From: Euryarchaeota archaeon UBA462
GTDB lineage: Archaea > Thermoplasmatota > Poseidoniia > Poseidoniales > Thalassarchaeaceae
NCBI GenBank assembly: GCA_002506755.1
Contig: DAYD01000023.1
Coordinates: 16,243-80,242, forward strand
Direction: 5' to 3'
Length of the DNA stretch: 64,000 nt
The position numbers and the translations under genes are program-made. Positions 58,476-64,000 of the stretch are shown piece after piece (position 1 is the stretch's first letter; the number at the start of each line of letters is the position of its first letter). The notes beneath the pieces were generated by a model. That model did not search any database, had not been told where the DNA came from, and saw only the letters and a list, made by a program, of their open reading frames with translations.

Positions 58476-59429
58476 GTGAATACTGCAGACTTAGTTCCAG
58501 ATTTTCTCAAAGCAACAGAAGCGGCAGCCATTGCCGCGTCAAAATGGAAGGGCCTAGGGGATGGGAAGGCAGCGGACGGAGCAGCCGTTGAGGCCATGCG
58601 TTCGGTTTTCGACCGGGTCCCATTTGATGGAAGAGTTGCGATAGGAGAGGGAGAGAGAGATGACGCACCGATGCTTTGGATTGGTGAGCCCCTAGGATCA
58701 CTCCAGGGAGATCCATCGGCACTTTCTATCGATATTGCAGTCGACCCACTGGAGTGCACAAATCACGTCGCTAAGGACCTACCAAACGCGATGGCAGTTC
58801 TCGCAGCCGGTCCACGAGGATCCCTATTGCACGCCCCAGATTGCTACATGGATAAAATTGCAGGACCCGCTGAAATCATAGGTGAGGTTAGTCTTGAAGC
58901 AGATACTGCATATAATGTCGAGGCTGCCTCATCTGCGTTAGGAAAGTTGCCAGAGCAAATGAATATCGTAGTGATGGACAGGCCTAGACATGAGAATCTT
59001 ATCAGTGAGCTCAAACATCTTGGGGTTAATCCGTTGTTGATTGGAGACGGGGATGTAGCTGCAGCACTAAATGCCGCAGATCCAGAATCAGAAATCGATA
59101 TGCTGATGGGAATAGGGGCAGCACCTGAAGGAGTCATCACTGCAACTGCCCTTAGGGGCCTAGGAGCCCAATTCGAGGGAAGACTGGTGTTTAGGAACGA
59201 TGGGCACAGGGAAAGAGCTGAGAAGATGGTTGACGGAGACATAGAAAGGATTTGGTTAAGAGATGACCTTTGTCAATCGGATGACTCAGTGTTCATCGGA
59301 ACTGGAGTTTGCGACGGAAGGACAAATGGTGTTCAGGAAATTGGGGATGGGTCATACAAGGTACAATCTGAAGTAATTGAAGTACATTCAAAGTCACATC
59401 GAATTGTGGAAAAAATAATTTTACAATGA
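58476..59429 (+). CDS. glpX: Class II fructose-1,6-bisphosphatase (GlpX type)
   Basis: ATEAAAIAASKWKGLGDGKAADGAAVEAMR N-terminal block. GTG start after GAAGGT. Confidence 0.8.
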   Translation: MNTADLVPDFLKATEAAAIAASKWKGLGDGKAADGAAVEAMRSVFDRVPFDGRVAIGEGERDDAPMLWIGEPLGSLQGDPSALSIDIAVDPLECTNHVAKDLPNAMAVLAAGPRGSLLHAPDCYMDKIAGPAEIIGEVSLEADTAYNVEAASSALGKLPEQMNIVVMDRPRHENLISELKHLGVNPLLIGDGDVAAALNAADPESEIDMLMGIGAAPEGVITATALRGLGAQFEGRLVFRNDGHRERAEKMVDGDIERIWLRDDLCQSDDSVFIGTGVCDGRTNGVQEIGDGSYKVQSEVIEVHSKSHRIVEKIILQ

Positions 59430-60523
59430 AAATTAGAAGAATTTTTCATTCAAATGACGATGGATTCTTCCCTGAGAGCTCATCCCCCGAATTAGGTACT
59501 AACATGGACAAGGAGCTATTGGAGAAAAATGCGAATGAATTAGTGTCACCGGGCCGGGGGATTTTGGCCGCGGACGAAAGTAATGGCACAATGTCCAATC
59601 GACTGGAGTCAGTTGGAGTAGAAGCATCCTCGGAGACGAGAAGGGCTTACAGGGCGAACCTCCTTTCGACCGAAGGATATGAGTCTTCGATAAGCGGGGT
59701 AATTTTGTTCGACGAGACAATTCGGCAGTCTATGGATAATGGCACCCCGATCCCGGAGTTCCTTGCAAGTAGAGGCGTTATTCCTGGAATAAAGGTAGAT
59801 ACGGGCGCAAAGGATCTGGCCGGTAGGAATGGAGAAAAGATAACTGAGGGTTTGGATGGACTAAGGGAAAGATGTTCCGAGTACTTTGCAATGGGGGCTA
59901 GATTCGCAAAGTGGAGGGCAGTAATCAAAATTGGAGACGACATTCCCAGTGAAGCCTGCTTCTCCACAAATGCCCACGCATTAGCACGATATTCCGCAAT
60001 TTGTCAGGAGCAGGGCTTAGTTCCGATCATTGAGCCGGAAGTATTGATGGCGGGCGATCACACCGCAGAAAGGTGCTACCAAGTTACCGCAGAAATTCTT
60101 TCGAGGACATTCTCCGAGTGTGAGATACAAGGAGTTCATATTCCCGGTGCACTTTTGAAGCCAAATATGATTTTCGCAGGTGTCGACTGTGAAAATCAGA
60201 TATCAAGAGAAGAAGTTGCCAGAATGACTGTCAAGTGTCTAAATGAAAATGTCCCTAGTGACCTGCCGGGAATAGTTTTCCTTTCCGGGGGCCAGTCCGA
60301 TGAAGATGCAACTGCGCATCTAAATTTGATGAATAAAATGAATGTTGATCATCCATGGCAGCTTTCTTACTCATATGGGAGAGCCTTACAAGCTAACGCA
60401 CTCTCGGAATGGGCACTTAGAAATGAACAATCGGACTCTTCCAGCAGGGATGCCTTTTCCCATAGGGCGAAGATGAATGGCTTGGCCAGAAGCGGAGATT
60501 GGGATTTAAGCCTCGAGTCCTGA
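59426..60523 (+). CDS. fba: Classical class I fructose-bisphosphate aldolase
   Basis: GILAADES and LLKPNM (Schiff-base Lys) motifs. The ATG at 59426 overlaps the glpX stop (ATGA). An internal ATG at 59504 (MDKELLEK...) would give a bacterial-length N-terminus. Confidence 0.8.
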   Translation: MKIRRIFHSNDDGFFPESSSPELGTNMDKELLEKNANELVSPGRGILAADESNGTMSNRLESVGVEASSETRRAYRANLLSTEGYESSISGVILFDETIRQSMDNGTPIPEFLASRGVIPGIKVDTGAKDLAGRNGEKITEGLDGLRERCSEYFAMGARFAKWRAVIKIGDDIPSEACFSTNAHALARYSAICQEQGLVPIIEPEVLMAGDHTAERCYQVTAEILSRTFSECEIQGVHIPGALLKPNMIFAGVDCENQISREEVARMTVKCLNENVPSDLPGIVFLSGGQSDEDATAHLNLMNKMNVDHPWQLSYSYGRALQANALSEWALRNEQSDSSSRDAFSHRAKMNGLARSGDWDLSLES

Positions 60524-60778
60524 TCAGGCCTTCTCTTCTAATGCACCAGGGCGAACCTGCCAGACACAAATTTCGTACCTACCTGATAGGGCCCCCCCTC
60601 TTTTGGTTGTTGAAACCTTAAGGATATCCTTGTCCTTGGAAAGAACATTTCCTAGTTGCTGGGGAGTAGTCCCGTGCCTCATAGTCGAGTTAACATGCTC
60701 AAGTATTTCTGTGGTGTTCGCCTCTCCCCTCTCGTCTAGGAATTTCTTGATTTTCTGCCTCAGTCTAGTGGTCCTCAT
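60524..60778 (-). CDS. Small basic winged-helix DNA-binding protein (84 aa)
   Basis: RLRQKIKKFLDERGEANTTEILEHVN...QQLGNVLSKD helix-turn-helix pattern plus a beta-wing (RYEICVWQV). ATG at 60778; a GTG lies at 60787. Confidence 0.55.
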   Translation of the reverse strand: MRTTRLRQKIKKFLDERGEANTTEILEHVNSTMRHGTTPQQLGNVLSKDKDILKVSTTKRGGALSGRYEICVWQVRPGALEEKA

Positions 60779-61031
60779 TTTATTCACGCTACCGTTATGT
60801 GACCTCCCCCTCGGTCGCTTTACACAGGATAGCGGGTGGTAATATAATGCTTCTGTATATCTTTTCTCATCTTGGTTACAAATTATGTCATAATTTGACT
60901 AATTTTGCCATAAATATTTGAAGCATAGAATCCGGTTGAGAAATTTCCAGTGGAAATGTGTAAGCTAATGTAACTAAAACAATATTTTTATTACTATCTT
61001 CTATTCTGACACATCTCATAGGTGATATTTG
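60779..61031. promoter_or_regulatory. AT-rich divergent control region
   Basis: Second-longest spacer in the window and the longest AT-rich one. It holds a perfect 15-nt palindrome ATTTCCAGTGGAAAT (60943-60957). CATAA-type repeats occur at about 60887-60930. A TTTTTATTA TATA-like box (60985-60993) lies about 40 nt upstream of the ATG at 61032, with GGTGAT at 61021-61026. Confidence 0.4.
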
Positions 61032-63620
61032 ATGTCAGATGCTTCCAAAAGCGAAGCCGGAAAACCTCCAAGAAAAATCAGAAGTCAACATCGACGAAGG
61101 ATTATGTATAGACTCTCCCAAGGCGATGCAACTGTATCAGGATTGGCTCACGACTCCGGACTTAGGGTGCCCCATGCATCAGCAGAAATTAGGAGAATGA
61201 GGGGGGATGGACTCGTATCGAGTGACCTTCCCCCTGGGTCTAGAGGTTCTAGAATTCGACTAACTGAAAAGGGATGGGACATTATTGAGCAAGATGAATG
61301 GTCAAAGGTTCTTAGCTTGGAAAACCCCCCCTCAAGTCTGGATAGTTGTTGTATTATTTCGAGGGATGAAGCGAATCTAACATTGTGTTTCCTGGCTCCT
61401 CCGGAGGAGTCAATGATTCAGATCCCAAATAGGAAAATACCCCAAAGCCCAGATACAATCTCATCCACTAGAAATCAAGGGGTCTCATGGAGTTGGGCAG
61501 TACTGAAAGAGAGAAATCCTAGATGGTTCGATAAAGACAATTTCTTAGTTTCTGATGCCCCTCCGGAATTACTAGGCCCAGAAAGAATCGAGGCCTATCT
61601 GGGTAGATCCCCAGTTTACGGTCTAATTCGGGCTACCTTACTTAATGAGGGTTCTACCTCTACTATATCTCCTGGTGAGTGGTTTTCACAACCTCAGCAG
61701 ACTCAGCAAGCGACACTAGATGAACCAACTTATCATCGAGGCGGATGGCTATTAGGCTCCCCTCATTCAAAATCTCCCGATATCAGGCCAACGCAGCCAA
61801 TTGCCGCAGTGATCAAGGAAAGGTTGCCACGATCTGTCCTACTTAGGTCTGCCAAAGCAAACTCGCTTGTGCTGGCAGATCTCAGCGGATTGGAAATGAA
61901 TGGACATTTCTATCCAATAGGTGCTTTAGATTACTGGATAGAATCCGCCCATCCTAGAATCTCAGATAGCGAAAGGAGGAAGAGGGCAAATTCTCTGAAG
62001 GAAAGAATATCTAGCTCTAGCAGGGCAAAGACTCCCGAATCAACTTTGAGAAAGTTCAGAAAAGACTGGGGCGATTCCGAATTTTCCTTGGAGGAGGATA
62101 GAATTAGACTAATTGATCTTAGGGGTTTGGGCAATAATGCGATTGAGGCATTGATTCGTTGGTCATTGGACATTAAGGCACTCCCATTGGTATTGGAGGT
62201 GAAAAAAGGATTGAGAGAGGATCTTCTGAATAATATATCGACTCATGAAAACCTGAGGTTGATTATTTTGGAACATTTGGAAACCAGATTTTCCTCTTTC
62301 GATATATTGGAAGTTGACACAGTAAGGACACTCCCATGGCTCAGGTTCCGAACATCTTCTGGTACTGAGATACCAATCAGGCTAGTCGAGCAAGGCAAAA
62401 TGACTGGTATGTCAGAGGAGGTTGGGCATATGGGAATTTCACCCTGGGAAATTTTAGGGCTAGAATCCAATATCAGCCATTTTGAAATAATTATTAGCGG
62501 TAATGAAGTGTCAATCGTTCGTTCAGCTCTGTCTCAATTTCCTGAGGGGGATGAGGTATGGGCCAATCAGATGGAGGCATCATATCCTTTAGCCGCCTGG
62601 ATTGCCTCTCCAGCCAAAAATAGGTGGCAGAGGTGGCAAAGAGTTTCATCGAGGTTGGATTCCGAATGGCTAGCTCTTCTGGACATTGATTTTCTCCCCA
62701 TTGACAGGATTTCGGAGATAGCTGACCAGGCTCCCGATTCGGTAAAGTTGGTGTTTTCAAAAAAAATTACAGACAAACTTAGGAAAGACCCAAATTTCTT
62801 ACTCAGGTCTTGGCCGGCGATAGACCCCAAACAAGCGAATAGTGGCGCTGCATGGCTTGCTTCACATTTTATTCAAAATTCCGCTTGGCTTCCAAAGGAG
62901 TCTTATTCAGACTTGATTGATTGGGCGATAGAAGCTTGGCTAGCACATCCTCCTGTAGAATCTCTTGGGGCCCTAATTGGCCTGGAATGGCTTTACAGGG
63001 TTACAGGTCAGACTGAAAAGTTTGAATTAGCAATACAAAGGGTAAGGACAAGAGGAGAATCATTACCAATCGGCCATCAACTAAACACTTGGTCTAGACT
63101 ATGTGATTATTCAATGGGTGAAAAATCTGCCGATTTGGAGGTCATTGAGTTGTTCATGAAGGATCTGCCCCACTCTTGGTGGGCAGCTTTCTCTTCTGTG
63201 TTTCTTCTCGAAATCCTAAATGGCCCCAATCCAGAAAGACTTATGGAAATTCAGGTCCCTTGGTGCCCAATTATCCTCCGACCGATAGGGGAGGAATCTG
63301 ACGCTCCTGGCCTCTCTTCAATAAAGCACCCTGGATGCGACCCCGGGATAATTTCCCCGCTTCAGAATTTCCTTAAATCTCTATATCCCGAAGAGGAAAA
63401 GTACCAATTGGACTCTCTTCGCGATTTATTAGATGCCCTCCTGAGCGTCAGAGAGGGTAAAACACCTCCATCGGGCAGATCACATCAGCTTTCTGGATGG
63501 CTTGCACAACCAATCGAAAGTTGGCCCACATTTACTCCAGAAATGCAGATGAATGGTGATAATTTTATTTCTGAAAGACTCATACTTCGGCGTTCTGGAT
63601 TCAACTCTCGACTCTCATAA
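61032..63620 (+). CDS. Large (862 aa) protein with an N-terminal winged-helix domain; the remainder is unassignable
   Basis: RRIMYRLSQGDATVSGLAHDSGLRVPHASAEIRRMRGDGLV resembles ArsR/TrmB-like wHTH. No Walker A, nuclease or other catalytic motif is visible by eye. Trp-rich. Confidence 0.6.
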   Translation: MSDASKSEAGKPPRKIRSQHRRRIMYRLSQGDATVSGLAHDSGLRVPHASAEIRRMRGDGLVSSDLPPGSRGSRIRLTEKGWDIIEQDEWSKVLSLENPPSSLDSCCIISRDEANLTLCFLAPPEESMIQIPNRKIPQSPDTISSTRNQGVSWSWAVLKERNPRWFDKDNFLVSDAPPELLGPERIEAYLGRSPVYGLIRATLLNEGSTSTISPGEWFSQPQQTQQATLDEPTYHRGGWLLGSPHSKSPDIRPTQPIAAVIKERLPRSVLLRSAKANSLVLADLSGLEMNGHFYPIGALDYWIESAHPRISDSERRKRANSLKERISSSSRAKTPESTLRKFRKDWGDSEFSLEEDRIRLIDLRGLGNNAIEALIRWSLDIKALPLVLEVKKGLREDLLNNISTHENLRLIILEHLETRFSSFDILEVDTVRTLPWLRFRTSSGTEIPIRLVEQGKMTGMSEEVGHMGISPWEILGLESNISHFEIIISGNEVSIVRSALSQFPEGDEVWANQMEASYPLAAWIASPAKNRWQRWQRVSSRLDSEWLALLDIDFLPIDRISEIADQAPDSVKLVFSKKITDKLRKDPNFLLRSWPAIDPKQANSGAAWLASHFIQNSAWLPKESYSDLIDWAIEAWLAHPPVESLGALIGLEWLYRVTGQTEKFELAIQRVRTRGESLPIGHQLNTWSRLCDYSMGEKSADLEVIELFMKDLPHSWWAAFSSVFLLEILNGPNPERLMEIQVPWCPIILRPIGEESDAPGLSSIKHPGCDPGIISPLQNFLKSLYPEEEKYQLDSLRDLLDALLSVREGKTPPSGRSHQLSGWLAQPIESWPTFTPEMQMNGDNFISERLILRRSGFNSRLS

Positions 63621-63964
63621 AATGGACCGTTGGGTTCATGAGTGTCTCTTGCGAGGGCCTATCGCCCAAACGGCAACACCGTGTGGACGAAACCCCCTCG
63701 CCGGAGGTGGAGTATGAAGCACGGCACCACGTATTGGGTGACCACCCGTCGAAGACCATCGAGACCTTTAGAGGAATGATCGATGACGCAAAACGGGTGG
63801 CCGGATTGCGTTAAGGTCCCCTGAGGACGGAATAGAATGAATCAAGGGACTACCCCGCAGTCCGACAGACGTCCCGGGGTGGGTCAGGCGCCTGAGCAAA
63901 GCTGTGATGGTTGCCGTTACGCCCCGGGGCACACTTTAGTCATAAGTCGCAAGAAGGCGGAGAA
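63621..63964. other. G+C-rich segment lacking any ORF of 60 aa or more (candidate structured RNA, foreign micro-ORFs or an assembly junction)
   Basis: A hand count of 63661-63960 gives 176 G+C of 300. A sampled 60-nt line in the adjacent gene (61081-61140) gives 27 of 60. Hairpins lie at 63696-63707 and 63786-63811. Sub-threshold ORFs lie at 63638-63814 (58 aa) and 63837-63968 (43 aa). Confidence 0.4.
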
Positions 63965-64000
63965 ATGATGCATAAAATAGGCTTAATCGGCGGAACCTTT
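63965..64000 (+). CDS. Partial CDS running off the window (MMHKIGLIGGTF...)
   Basis: ATG ATG at 63965/63968 preceded by GGCGGAG. The IGLIGGTF N-terminus resembles cytidylyl/adenylyltransferase starts (GGTFD..H.GH), but only 12 codons are visible. Confidence 0.3.
   Translation, partial: MMHKIGLIGGTF

Noticed and set aside
63622-63814. Chain of ATGA-overlapping micro-ORFs (31, 21 and 12 aa)
   Set aside because: It is more simply explained by a single 58-aa ORF in another frame (63638-63814). The apparent ATGA couplings are then incidental.
63646-63954. 8-bp long-range complementarity (TCTTGCGA at 63646-63653 with TCGCAAGA at 63947-63954) as a closing helix of a ~330-nt RNA
   Set aside because: About one perfect 8-mer pairing is expected by chance among all position pairs in a 360-nt G+C-rich sequence. 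It is not evidence on its own.
63621-64000. RNase P RNA or SRP (7S) RNA identity for the G+C-rich segment
   Set aside because: The size and G+C fit. However, I found neither the universal GGAAAGUCC (CR-I) nor a convincing CR-V for RNase P; the only partial match is GGCUUAAUCGG. I also found no helix-8 GNAR-tetraloop/AGCA motif of SRP RNA on either strand. The identity therefore stays open rather than being called.
1-64000. CRISPR arrays, IS elements, integrases, rRNA operons
   Set aside because: I noticed no direct-repeat/spacer periodicity, no transposase- or integrase-like ORF, and no conserved 16S/23S/5S motifs anywhere in the window.

Overview
Tightly packed chromosomal segment that reads as archaeal. 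Archaeal markers are a thermosome, ABCE1/RLI, Bud32 kinase, a short (220 aa) archaeal-type triosephosphate isomerase and a short NadA. Bacterial-type DnaK/GrpE, GlpX and a classical class I aldolase are also present. Assignment to a marine heterotrophic Thermoplasmatota/Group II-like archaeon is inference only. I call 55 complete or near-complete CDS, one 3'-edge partial CDS and one tRNA-Gly(GCC). I saw no rRNA, CRISPR array, transposase or obvious prophage.

Content:
- Two giant C-terminally anchored surface proteins, one next to a GT2/GT4 glycosyltransferase pair.
- A peptide/amino-acid catabolism set: M29-like, M17 and M14 peptidases, agmatinase and carbamate kinase.
- A chaperone locus.
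- Central metabolism: sucCD, tpiA, glpX-fba, pyrG, thrS, nadA and moaCE.
- Three crotonase paralogs, an aldehyde dehydrogenase and a 3-hydroxyacyl-CoA dehydrogenase.

Most noteworthy:
1. A five-gene minus-strand cluster around a BoxB-like di-iron acyl-CoA epoxidase (52.6-57.4 kb).
2. A pair of winged-helix genes flanking the longest AT-rich spacer; one encodes an 862-aa protein that is otherwise unassignable (60.5-63.6 kb).
3. An abrupt switch to about 59% G+C with no ORF of 60 aa or more in the last 380 nt.
4. Tandem squalene/phytoene-synthase paralogs.
5. Recurrent palindromic stop/stop junctions between convergent genes.

Many track ORFs begin at TTG/GTG codons upstream of better ATG or SD-preceded starts. 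I give my preferred starts and note the alternatives.
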